Source: Nemertoderma westbladi (taxonomy: Eukaryota; Animalia; Xenacoelomorpha). Taken from it: a stretch of DNA of 42,230 nucleotides. The DNA is taken from positions 1 to 42,230 of the forward strand of contig JAUCBJ010006151.1 in NCBI GenBank assembly GCA_032718475.1. The letters run 5' to 3'. Under the pieces are notes generated by a model. It saw only the letters and a program-made list of their open reading frames with translations, was not told the DNA's origin and searched no databases. A program made the position numbers and the translations under genes. Numbering within the stretch: the first letter of the stretch is position 1; each line of letters starts with the position of its first letter. Shown piece after piece: positions 25,520-36,153 of this stretch.

Positions 25520-25577
25520 GTTGTTAATGGGGAATAGTAGGAGTTCGTAGGTCCAGTTTATCGGCGTGTTCGGAAGC

Positions 25578-25586
25578 ACTGCGCCA
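25578..25586 (-). promoter_or_regulatory. Primer-binding site (tRNA-Ser-like)
   Basis: TGGCGCAGT directly abuts the 5' LTR and resembles the Ser PBS (TGGCGCAGTCG) of several invertebrate Gypsy elements. Confidence 0.75.
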
Positions 25587-25715
25587 TGACGTATATGAGT
25601 AGGGGGGTTTGGTGAACTTAGTATGACTTATATTAATGGTGTTGATATAAGTAAGGAAATAGAACAAACCAAGCATTAGGCCTAGGTGTACTGTAAATAG
25701 CAGAAGTACTACACA
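25587..25715 (-). repeat. 5' LTR (129 bp)
   Basis: TGTGTAG...ACGTCA on the minus strand, a direct repeat of 22252-22381. Confidence 0.95.
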
Positions 25716-25906
25716 GACCTGACCTGACCTGGAATTAAATATATAAGGTAGATACTGTAGGACAATATTTTTCGGTATGGAGAGCATTATCATATTGCCC
25801 TATCTACATTATATAAAACCATCATTCAGATTGTGTTACATATTTGTAATCCTTGCATTTGCATGGCCAGCTTTCTAACAGTAGCAACGAATCTAACATA
25901 ACATTA

Positions 25907-25951
25907 CACCATGCAAGGGGATATAGTGTCGTTACTCAGGTACCTGCACCA

Positions 25952-25982
<31 letters not shown>

Positions 25983-27493
25983 ATTATACAAATCTTAATG
26001 AGATTGCATGAAATTTGGAACAGAGATAGTTTCACCTCCCGACCTCTGACTGGGTGAGCCAGAATTTATATTTTTGCTCTCATTTTTTAGCTACAAGCGT
26101 TTGAATGAGGTGTTTCCGGCGATATTTCGATCATTTACACTGCAGCTATTATTCAACCTTATAGTTACTGTAGAAAGCAGGCAGTGAAGGTATTCCAAAT
26201 ATGTAACACAATCTGAATTTCGTTGAAAAATACTGTAGCTGAGATTATGGGCGTTCGAAAGTTCAATGGTTTTGCACCTGCGCGAAGCTGTTTTATTCTA
26301 TTTATTAAATACACCATATTCTAGAACATTTCGTATATATATGAATAGCTACGTAAGAGTATGCCTATGATTAAAGAGAAGAGTAATTGCATTTGTTGGG
26401 TTGCCCAGCTACGTATGGGATAAACAAAATGGTCCAGAATACGGAATATTTATTAAATACACCATGTCCCGTAATATAGTGTCATTTTCTGATGACACGG
26501 ACCCCCCCCCCCCCCCAGATTTTTCTACAAATCTTTATCATATTGCTTGAAATTTGAAACACCACTAGTTCCACTCACCGTCGATGACCCCATGAAGCCG
26601 GAATTTTCGATTTTGCTTTTAAATTATTTTTATAAGCGCTTTAAAAAAGTGTCTTTTGCGAAATCGCACCCTCTGTATCGTGGACATTCTTCACTTTAGT
26701 CGTATTTTTTTCATATCATTAAATAGCTTGCCTTGCAAGAATTACAAATATGTAAAAATATCTGAATTTCGTTGAGAAACAGCTGAGATATAGGCGTTCA
26801 AAGATTGCAAGAATTATCGTTCGCTGCAGGCCATTTATTCTATTTAATAAATATACAAATTACGAAAATTACAAAAATTACGACTAATGTGAAGAATGTC
26901 CACGATACAGAGGGTGCGATTTCGCAAAAGACACTTTTTTAAAACGCTTATAAAACGAATTTAAAGGCAAATTCGAAAATTCCGGCTTCGGGGTCATCGA
27001 CGGTGAGTGGAACTAGTGGTGTTTCAAATTTCAAGCAATATGATAAAGATTTGTAGAAAAATCTGGGGAGGGGGGGGGGGGGGGGGGTCCGTGTCATCAG
27101 AAAATGACACTATATTACGGGACATGGTGTATAATAAAACAGCCTCGAGCAGGTGCAAAACCATTCAACTTTCGAACGCCCATAATCTCAGCTACAGTAT
27201 TTTTCATCGAAATTCAGATTGTTTTACATATTTGGAATCATTGCACGGCCATCTTTCTATCAGTACCAACAAATCAATATAAAATCAATCTTCTTATTTG
27301 AAGAATAATAAGTGCGGTGCAACATCGGCGGATTCACCTTTTTCAAACGCTCGCAGTTAAAAAAAAAAATGAGAGCAAAAGTAAAAATTCTTGCTCACCC
27401 ACGTTCATGTAATCTCATTAAGATTGTTGAAAAATTTGGGGGGTGGTGGGTGGGGTCGGTACCTGAATAACGACACTATTCCAGGGCATGGTG
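25907..27493. mobile_element. Foldback MITE (older subfamily), TA-flanked, with long TIRs starting CACCATG
   Basis: TA|CACCATG...ATAGTGTCGTTA.TCAGGTACC at the left end is mirrored at 27457-27495. The arms 26190-26300 and 27133-27238 are reverse complements. Confidence 0.88.
26460..27129. mobile_element. Younger foldback MITE nested in the related older MITE; right arm internally deleted
   Basis: TA|CACCATGTCCCGTAATATAGTGTCATTTTCTGATGACACGGAC-polyC and its inverse ending CATGGTG|TA. Same family as 31132-32037. Confidence 0.92.
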
Positions 27494-27983
27494 TATAATG
27501 TACTAAATAACCAGTTATTTAGTACACCTAATTTATAAAAACTTGCAAGTACAGTTGTAGTCGTCATGCATGGGACGTACACAGCTGATTATGTTACGTT
27601 GCATAGCAACGCCATTACATAACATAAATAAAGAGCTTTCCAATGAGAGCAAAAGCAGAAAGTCAGCGTGCAAATGTGATTATAGCACAGGCAGATTGCC
27701 TACCGGTATTGCCGTATTTTGTATTAATACAGTAATAAGTTTGGGCATTCATTTATTTATTTTTTATTGTACTAGTTGTACCGCGACCGCGGTACCGGTA
27801 CCTTAAGTAGATAAGTACCATGATCCGGAATACAGCAGTCCATTCAGTTATTGAGTCTGCCTACTTTATTTTCAAAAATGATGTTAGTTAGGTCTCTAGC
27901 CTCGGATACCGGTAGGTTCTTATCTTTATTCTTATTATTATTTCATTATTAGCTTAATCTGTTAATGGCACCCTCCTAATCGA

Positions 27984-28172
27984 ACTCCCTCCTGGGAGTC
28001 CCTGACTCCCTCCTGGGAGTCCCTAACTCCCTCCTGGGAGTCCCTGACTCCCAGGATCTGACTCCCTCCTGGGAGTCCCTGACTCCCTCCTGGGAGTCCC
28101 TGACTCCCAGGATCTGACTCCCTCCTGGGAGTCCCTGACTCCCTCCTAATCTGAAATCAACTCCCTGACTCC
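27984..28172. repeat. 21-bp minisatellite ACTCCCTCCTGGGAGTCCCTG with interspersed 14-bp variant units
   Basis: Read directly in the order 21,21,21,14,21,21,14,21. Each 21-mer contains the hairpin ACTCCC-TCCT-GGGAGT. Confidence 0.9.
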
Positions 28173-28202
28173 CATAAACAAACAGGTTGCTTTCTGCCAA
28201 CG

Positions 28203-28439
28203 GCACTTGTGTCAAATAGGGGACTCTCCTAATCTGCTAATCCTGAAATCACCTAAACTGAAGTCACTAGTGCCCGGTTAGTAAAGGAGCAGGTTACAGA
28301 GGCGAGTTGAAAGGAACCAAAACAATAAACGAGAGTTAGGAATATTGTTATCACCTGCTAAATTTCAGAATTAGCAGGTGATTTCAGGATTAACAGATTA
28401 GCAGGGTCCCCTATTTGACACAAAAGTCTGAAAGTGCCT
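28203..28439. mobile_element. Small foldback/MITE immediately upstream of the tetraspanin
   Basis: TTGTGTCAAATAGGGGAC...CTAATCTG.TAATCCTGAAATCACCT (28207-28255) is inverted at 28377-28423. Its core is shared with 14575-14621. Confidence 0.8.
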
Positions 28440-28543
28440 TTCTGCCTTGTTAATATTATGCTTACCTACCCGACCAGTCTGTCGGTATACAGCACAGGTA
28501 TATTGTATTGTATATATACAGATATAATATTTTATCGGTAAAA

Positions 28544-29344
28544 ATGCGGAGTAAATACACGAGATTATTTAAATATCTTTTAATTTTAACCAAATCGATT
28601 GTTTTCCTGAGCGGATTGTGTTTAATAACTGTTGGTGTTGTTTCCAACTCCGATTATAAACCATATATTTACGCGGCGCTCAACACTTCCCTTGTTTACA
28701 ACCTCGCGGCGGCGACAGTTGCGTTCGGTTGCTTAGCAACTGTCGTAGCGTTTATCGGTTTATGCGGCGCGTTGGGCGGAAACCAAATGATAACTGGAAT
28801 TGGCACCGTTCTAGTCGCGTTGTTAGCGATATCGCAGACTGTAATCGTTGTAACGGCGTTCGTAACTCTAGCGGAAATTAATGTAACCTTAGCAACTCGA
28901 ATGATGACGTCATTAACTGAGAGTTACCGCGGCGATGTTACAGACGATGCGTTGAACGCGGCGCAAGTCCAGCTGCGGTGCTGCGGCGTGGCGAGCGGCT
29001 CGGATTGGGAGGCGAGTCGGTGGTTCCGAGACGGCCGGAGTCGGCTGCTAATCGCCGGCTCGGAACTCCGTCGGAAGTACCCAGCGACCTGTTGCCATGG
29101 CGACGAGGACCTCCTAGTGACCCCCGGGAACTACAGCGCGATCACCAGCCCCCGGAACCGCCAGCTGCTGGAGCGTTGCTACGCACCGCAACCCAATACC
29201 TTTGCCTACCGCACGGGGTGTCTAGGAAGGACGGTCGACTTTATTTCCTACCATATTTACCTTATCGGGGGAATAAATTGTGGGATTATTTTGTTCTACG
29301 CGGCTGATTTCGCCGTTTCCATGGCATCGCTTTGTGTCGACTAA
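28544..29344 (+). CDS. Tetraspanin, intronless, 266 aa
   Basis: First in-frame ATG is at 28544 (28508 is TTG). Four hydrophobic segments, the motif F.GLCGA, and a large loop with QLRCCG, PATCC, RC and GC (6 Cys). The cytoplasmic C-tail is very short. Confidence 0.93.
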   Translation: MRSKYTRLFKYLLILTKSIVFLSGLCLITVGVVSNSDYKPYIYAALNTSLVYNLAAATVAFGCLATVVAFIGLCGALGGNQMITGIGTVLVALLAISQTVIVVTAFVTLAEINVTLATRMMTSLTESYRGDVTDDALNAAQVQLRCCGVASGSDWEASRWFRDGRSRLLIAGSELRRKYPATCCHGDEDLLVTPGNYSAITSPRNRQLLERCYAPQPNTFAYRTGCLGRTVDFISYHIYLIGGINCGIILFYAADFAVSMASLCVD

Positions 29345-30560
29345 CATATTATTTTGTTATCGAATCTTCTCGTGTGGATCGATGCTAATACCAACGGAAT
29401 TGAGAAAAAAATTAAATTCCGACCTGTTTCATTGACTTTTGTTTATTGTTTTGGATTGGATGACGTGCCACTTATAACCTGTTCCTTTCCCTTAATTGGT
29501 AATCAACATTATTTAGTTCGCTGTGACGAAATATTGATTCCCAGAAAACGAGAGAACTTGCGTAGTATTTAAATCCATTTCCTTGAATTAATATCGCTCC
29601 AGAGGTCGTGGGGTTCTACCCCTGTAGGCAGGCCAGGATAGTTTTCGTTTTGGCACAAATGCTTTAAAGGTACTAACCAAACCAGGGCGCATATATGCTT
29701 TGTTATTTATATGGTCGTTAAATGAGTACCAGTTATCTCTTTGCCTGTAAGGAGTATAGTTCTGTGGGGTCTATACTGGAAATGAGTGGTGAGACCTTCT
29801 TTTCTATTTTTCGTACTTGTTACAAGTAGCTCTCCTTGTTTTTTTTTCATTTCCGCACTCATTGCCTCTAACATAAGGTAAGGATGATACGACCGAATCT
29901 GTGCAACTACTGTGTATTTTTTTAATTATCTTATTTAATTAATTGTTGCAGAAATTACGTTATTTTATTTTCTTCAATACTAGGCTCTTTTCTCTGATAA
30001 ATTAATAAAGATAAGCTAACTTTACTACTGTACTATGGATATTTATAATAATAATACGATTTGTTGGTATTTTTGAAAACACTAGCTACTCTACCATTTT
30101 TATGAAAACAGTAACTACCATTGAAAACACTAGCTACCACAAAAATTAAACATGTACCGGAATACCCCTCCAGTACAATTTAATGAAATTAGTAAGATGG
30201 CAAACAACGAAAAGAACTTAAGTTATTTTTATGCCGTTTCTATCTAATTTAATGATGCTCGAATGGCTTTTGGTGAGGTCTGTTTGTAATAAGAGTATCA
30301 TTCTTACGGATACTGGAGTAGAATTTAAAGTGCCAATCTGTTAATGAAATGCTTATTGAGATGGTCATCTTCGTATTTTAGACGTTGTACCTTCTGTATT
30401 AAAAAAGTCTCGTAAAGTAGCTATAAATTTTATAAAATAATTATTTAATACAAAGAAAAAAAGAGTTGAATTGTTTTAGATCCGCATAGGGAGACCTCAG
30501 GCATTCACTCAGTTTTGTTTGTTGTTGATGGGGTTGATTTCCAGTTACAAGGCTTCATAC

Positions 30561-30633
30561 GGCGCAGTGGCGAAGTTGGTAGAGCGTTTCACTTGGAATC
30601 TCTAGGTACCGAGTTTAATCCCCCACTCCGGTG
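30561..30633 (+). mobile_element. tRNA-derived SINE head or tRNA pseudogene
   Basis: A-box-like GTGGCGAAGTTGGTAGAGCG and B-box-like GAGTTTAATCCC. The stems do not form a clean cloverleaf. Confidence 0.5.
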
Positions 30634-30727
30634 AATGTTTTTTTGTTGTTGTAAGATTGGTAGTAAGCAATTCAAGGAGGAGACAGATCATGCGTTAGTA
30701 GACGCGGACATCTGCGCGATTTCGCGC

Positions 30728-32442
30728 TTTTTTTCCACTATTATCAACGAATTTTATATACCGATAATAAAGGATAGTAAAGGGTCGAGAGAATATTCAA
30801 AAAAAAATGTTTTACGTTTTAGTTTTATTCTTAAATTGGTACTTTTTTGTTGCTAAATTCTTTAATAAAACGTAGATATAGTGTAGTATATATATAGTAG
30901 ATATAGAAACGATATAGTATAAATATATAGTAGTATATATATATGAGTAGTATATATATATAGTAGATATAGAAACGATAGAGTGTTACACAATAAATTG
31001 AACTGTAGTACAGTATATTACTACATTGCTTCCATAGTTACTGCGATTCCAATTACTGTACTCTTCAACTCCTGATGCTGCCTTACTCAATGTTAATAAT
31101 TTAGTGTTCTCGAATATATATTATCCAACTACACCATGACCCGTAATATAGTGACATTTTCTGATGACACGGACCCCCCCCCCCCCCCCCCCAAATTTTT
31201 CTACAAATCTTTATCATATTGCTTGAAATTTGAAACACAACTAGTTCCACTCACCGTGGTTGTTACCATGAAGCCGGAATTTTCGATTTCGCCTTTAAAT
31301 TTTTTTAAAGCGTTTAAAAAGTGTCTTTTGCGAATCGCACCCTCCGTATCGTGGCCATTCTTCACTTTAGTCGTAATTTTTTCATATCAATAGAAAGCTT
31401 GCGTTGCAAGGATTCCAAATATGTAACAATATCTGAATTTCGTTGAGAAACAGCTGAGATATAGGCATTCAAAGATTGCAAGAATTATTGTTCGCTGAAG
31501 GCCATTTATTCTATTTAATAAATACACAATATTCTGGAACAATTTGTTTATGTATGATTAGCTACGCAATATAGATATTGTATAGGCATACCGCTGTTGC
31601 CAACCAACTCATAAAATAAATAACACGTTCTAGAATTTTGTGTATTTATTAAATAGAATAAATGGCCTGCAGCGAACAATAATTCTTGCAATCTTTGAAC
31701 GCCTATATCTCAGCTGTTTCTCAACGAAATTCAGATATTGTTACATATTTCGAATCCTTGCAAGGCAAGCTTTCTAATGATATGAAAAAATTACGACTAA
31801 TGTGAAGAATGGCAATGATACGGAGGGTGCGATTTCGCAAAAGACACTTTTTTAAAACGCTTATAAAAAAATTTAAAGGCGAAATCGAAAATTCCGGCTT
31901 CATGGTAACAACCACGGTGAGTTGAACTAGTTGTGTTTCAAATTTCAAACAATATGATAAAGATTTGTAGAAAAATTTGGGGGGGGGGGGGGGGGTCCGT
32001 GTCATCAGAAAATGACACTATATTACGGGACATGGTGTATATTGAAAGCCACAAACCAATTGAGTTCTGTTTTGGATTTAGCCTTGCAAACAATAAAGTG
32101 GTTTATGTTGTAAAGCGGGTCTCTAGTTACGTTATAAATATTCTAGAACAATAAATTATTTAACATTGAGTAAGGCAGCATCGAGAGTTGAATAGTACAA
32201 TAATTAGAATCGCAGTAATTATGGAAGCAATGTAGTAATATACTGTACTACAGTTCAATTTATTTGTAACACTATATCGATCTATCTTTTAAATTAAAGA
32301 ATTGAGCAACAAAAAGAACCAATTTAAAAATGTAATTACGTATAACATGGGGAAAAAAATGTAGAAATGTTTTTTAAATATTCTCTCCGACCATTTATTA
32401 ACCTTGCACGGTAAATATAATGCCTCTAGAATAGTGAAAAAA
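30728..32442. mobile_element. Old AT-rich foldback element with ~300-400-bp arms, enclosing a younger MITE
   Basis: 30965-31120 is the reverse complement of 32135-32287 (e.g. AATTGAACTGTAGTACAGTATATTACTACATTGCTTCCATA). 30728-30867 mirrors 32293-32442. The termini are uncertain. Confidence 0.8.
31132..32037. mobile_element. Complete 906-bp foldback MITE with ~410-bp TIRs and TA TSD (Tc1/mariner-type ends)
   Basis: TA|CACCATG...CATGGTG|TA, near-perfect arms, a ~90-bp spacer and no ORF. Confidence 0.95.
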
Positions 32443-32850
32443 TATTCTAATTTTTTCCCATGTAATAAATAATTATATTTTACTTTTTCGGCGAAAAAAA
32501 AGTAAAATCAAAGCAACCTTTGCGATACTTTTTTCCCAAGGTAAAGATTTTTTAACAATTTTCAATAAAAATTTTTTCGTTTCACATACTTTTTTTTCCC
32601 TGATTTTTGGAGGATTTTGGGTTTGGGATTGTGGATTTTGGGGGATTCTCATTCGAAAGAAAAAGTAACAATTTAAGAATTCAAATTTTGTTTATACAAT
32701 TTTTTTATTCTTAAATTTGTAATATTAATAAAATAATCCTAATATATTTATATTATAAAGATTATATTCTGTTATATGTAATAGAAATTTAACATTACAA
32801 CACCTTTCTAGTACTCCATCAGACCCCGGCAGTGTTTATTTATACGTTAT

Positions 32851-32970
32851 AGGTGGCCATTAGGAGTGGCGACCCGAAGGCTCCTCTTTCGATAGCTGCT
32901 ACCCGAGGGTAGGGGTGGGCGCTACTCCTATCCCAAGCTTAGCTCCCAGTAATTTAACTGGTACTCAATG
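32851..32970 (-). mobile_element. SINE 3' remnant
   Basis: The minus strand reads TGAGTACCAG...GGAGTAGCGCCCACCCCTACCCTCGGGTAGCAGCTATCGAAAGAGGAGCCTTCGGGTCGCC, a GC-rich island resembling invertebrate SINE tails (from recollection). Confidence 0.45.
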
Positions 32971-34165
32971 TACAAAATATTTATAGTAATAATTAATATA
33001 TTATTCTAACGAACCTGCCTAAATAGGCAGGGTGGGTATTTTGATATATACAGTTTTGAGACATCGGATCGCCATATTCATCGTTTAGGAATTAAATTTA
33101 CAGACAAAACAGGACGAGCTCAACGAGGCTGCCAATGGATACGAGTAATACGAGTTTTCAAGTATTAAATATATAATATAGAGAAATTGCTATGAATATT
33201 TTGTGCGTTTAATTGCAATAAAGAGCGATGCTATCTTATCCGAATAGCAAGAAAATGTCGTATATATTATTTGATAAAATAGCTGCACTTCTTTCTGAAG
33301 TTTTGGTCGGTTTTAACGAATTTAGACTATACCGACCGGATTGTAGTGTAATTATTTAAACGGATATATACAATTATTACAAGTGTATGTTTATAAGTTT
33401 ATATTAGTTTTATACAATGTCATTAGATTAACGTAATGTCTCTACTGATTTTCTGCTTTTTATTATTTTTATATTATTTTTTATGAATGACTTTGCAATC
33501 GTATTTTTGAATTAAATATATCGTGACCATAGAGCCAGTATCCCACATATAGTACAGTATCACACACAGTACAACACATATCACCATTAATTTATTTTTA
33601 CCAAAGTGACTCAAGGTGGCGTTGTGCATCTTTATATTAAAATCATTGAGACACATATTGATCGCATTTAAAAGATATAGAGATAAATTAAAAATTAAAG
33701 AAAAATTCAATTCAACTTGTTACACCCGAAATTATTTAATGAAATAACCTGAAATTAAATTTTTATTCAGCCAATAATTAAATATTTTACAAATGATTAA
33801 GGCGGCACCTGTGCCGCCCATGTGGTTCAAAGGCGAAAGTTTTAAAAATTTAGAAAAATTATTAAAGGCGGCAGTTTTACTGAAGTTTTACTTTCTAGAT
33901 GTCATGGCAACTCGTTAGAATTGTTTACAAAGTGCTTTTCATATCACTTAGCTGTTTTCCTTTTCACTATATAAAAGAGCGCATTCAAATCTATAAGGTT
34001 ATATTATATATACTAAGCTATACGGTTACTCTAGCGGCAGACTGCTGGCCGATCAACTTCCTCACAAAGACGCAGCATGTGGTCTAGTCGTCTAGTATGC
34101 CAAGCCAATATTCAGATTATAACCAAACAGAAAATTATTAAACGGAAAATCAGGGTCATAGACTA

Positions 34166-34938
34166 GAGATATCTGTACTATGTTGGAGATATCTGAGATG
34201 ATGGCTGGAGATATCTGTACTATGTTGGAGATATCTGAGATGATGGCTGGAGATATCTGTACTATGTTGGAGATATCTGTACTATGTTGGAGATATCTGT
34301 ACTATGTTGGAGATATCTGAGATGATGGCTGGAGATATCTGCACTATGTTGGAGATATCTGAGATGATGGCTGGAGATGTCTGTACTATGTTGGAGATAT
34401 CTGAGATGATGGCTGGAGATATCTGTACTATGTTGGAGATATCTGAGATGATGGCTGGAGATATCTGTACTATGTTGGAGATATCTGAGATGATGGCTGG
34501 AGATATCTGTACTATGTTGGAGATATCTGAGATGATGGCTGGAGATGTCTGTACTATGTTGGAGATATCTGAGATGATGGCTGGAGATATCTGTACTATG
34601 TTGGAGATATCTGAGATGATGGCTGGAGATATCTGTACTATGTTGGAGATATCTGAGATGATGGCTGGAGATATCTGTACTATGTTGGAGATATCTGAGA
34701 TGATGGCTGGAGATATCTGTACTATGTTGGAGATATCTGAGATGATGGCTGGAGATATCTGTACTATGTTGGAGATATCTGAGATGATGGCTGGAGATAT
34801 CTGTACTATGTTGGAGATATCTGAGATGATGGCTGGAGATATCTGTACTATGTTGGAGATATCTGAGATGATGGCTGGAGATATCTGTACTATGTTGGAG
34901 ATATCTGAGATGATGGCTGGAGATATCTGCACTATGTT
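34166..34938. repeat. 42-bp minisatellite (~18 copies) made of 20-bp and 22-bp subunits
   Basis: GGAGATATCTGTACTATGTT + GGAGATATCTGAGATGATGGCT, almost invariant. The 20-mer is locally triplicated near 34249-34308. Confidence 0.97.
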
Positions 34939-36153
34939 GTTTGTTGTATGATATATTTTTATTTGAAATGTTTCTTCCTCTCAACCAACCAAAATTGTTG
35001 CCAAATGACAGCTTATGATTACGTGTGGCGAATTTTCCCCCAGTCTTTCCACATGGGGAAATCGTGTTACATATTAAGTGTTCCAATAATTAATTATTTA
35101 TTCTGCTTTGGTATTCCTCCTGGTCTGAAAATACTTTCATTTCATATAGCTTATCAATCTTGTCTCATTATCACAACCCTGTCAAGTATCGTGTCGATCT
35201 ATACCTAAAATAAAACATACACGAAAGGCAATCATTGTGTCAGTTACGACATCCTCTTTATGAATATTGCATAACGTTTGTTGCTATAGAGTTGTATGTT
35301 AAAGTGGCATGGACATAAAAAAGGGAATATGTATGATAATCAAGTCAAGTGATGGAATTTCTTGATTAAATTATAGTAGAATTGGGTTGTAAATTGTATA
35401 GGCCTTAAATAAAAGTTTCTAATATAATAAATAATAAATTTATTGTAATATTGATACGATTAATCGATTTAAATGATTTCGTGTGCTTTCTATTCATTTA
35501 CATACATACTTATGAGGCGCACCAGTGAGCTGATCTGTTTTATAATGATTTGTTACGAGAACAGATTTTTATGATTAATACTATATTCTAGAAGTCCTTC
35601 CTTGGTTTTACAAAATTATCCCAAACGAAGTTATTTATTATATGAGTCAGTAATTACCTGACGATATAATTTGTATCTTCTAGTTACCAAGGAGAAGGAT
35701 CCCCGATCTATGCCATTACTCAGTGTTAGGAGTGTGGACCTAGTCAAAGTCAGGTAATCAGTTCCTACCAATTCTTTTTAACACAAGTATATAAAATGTT
35801 TTATTCGAATAAATATGAAAAATTTTTACTTAACCTCAGGTATAACTGGATGTAATGTTATGAATTACTTTATGCGACTCTTTACTTTATGAGGCAGTTC
35901 AGAATGCTTTATGATACTAACTGTGTAATAGGGCTGTAGCGTTAATAGAACAGCTGTTTGTGTGAAGGTTATCAACGTCGGTCCAGACATAATGTATTAA
36001 TTTCTGGTTGAGTGCGTCTTCCAAAATAGATATAAGACAAATAATATTGTTGTTCCCCATAAAGTAATGTATTCCCACTAACGGCATGTTACCTCTACTC
36101 AGAAGACAATAACAGTTATCAACCAGCACACTAGGATATAATTCCATTTTTCA

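Larger units (their letters stand above)
22252..25715 (-). mobile_element. Ty3/Gypsy (Mag-like) LTR retrotransposon, 3464 bp, internally deleted (no integrase core)
   Basis: Paired TG...CA LTRs, 5-bp TSD GACCT (22247-22251 and 25716-25720), PBS, PPT and gag-PR-RT-RNaseH domain order. Confidence 0.95.
18750..25732 (-). mobile_element. Full-length RTE-clade LINE (~3.5 kb net), interrupted at its 5' tip by an LTR element
   Basis: 11-bp TSD AATTAAATATA at 18739-18749 and 25733-25743. A (TAG)n tail follows the stop codon directly. The 5' end begins CC(AGGTC)n. Confidence 0.92.
18708..25814. mobile_element. Short (~113 bp net) insertion with 13-bp TSD, later split by the RTE element
   Basis: AAAACCATCATTC is duplicated at 18695-18707 and 25815-25827. 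Removing the interval rejoins the MITE arm. The net sequence (18708-18749 plus 25744-25814) ends in ATTATAT. Confidence 0.7.

Noticed and set aside
22673-25550. Many plus-strand and alternate-frame ORFs over the Gypsy element
   Set aside because: They are shadow ORFs of GC-rich gag-pol with no recognisable motifs.
26489-26560. Hammerhead ribozyme core CTGATGA (also at about 31161)
   Set aside because: It is followed by a poly-C tract with no stem II closing onto GAAA; it is part of a MITE TIR.
29590-29800. Possible additional SINE (GGTTCTACCCC and GTCGTTAAATGAGTACCAG motifs)
   Set aside because: Too degenerate to define an A-box, ends or TSD.
30561-30633. Functional tRNA gene
   Set aside because: A and B boxes are present, but the acceptor and anticodon stems do not pair convincingly; treated as a SINE head or pseudogene.
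27007-32154. ORFs such as MELVVFQISSNMIK and MTRNIVTFSDD as a transposase
   Set aside because: They are short frames within non-coding MITE arms, with no DDE or HTH motifs.
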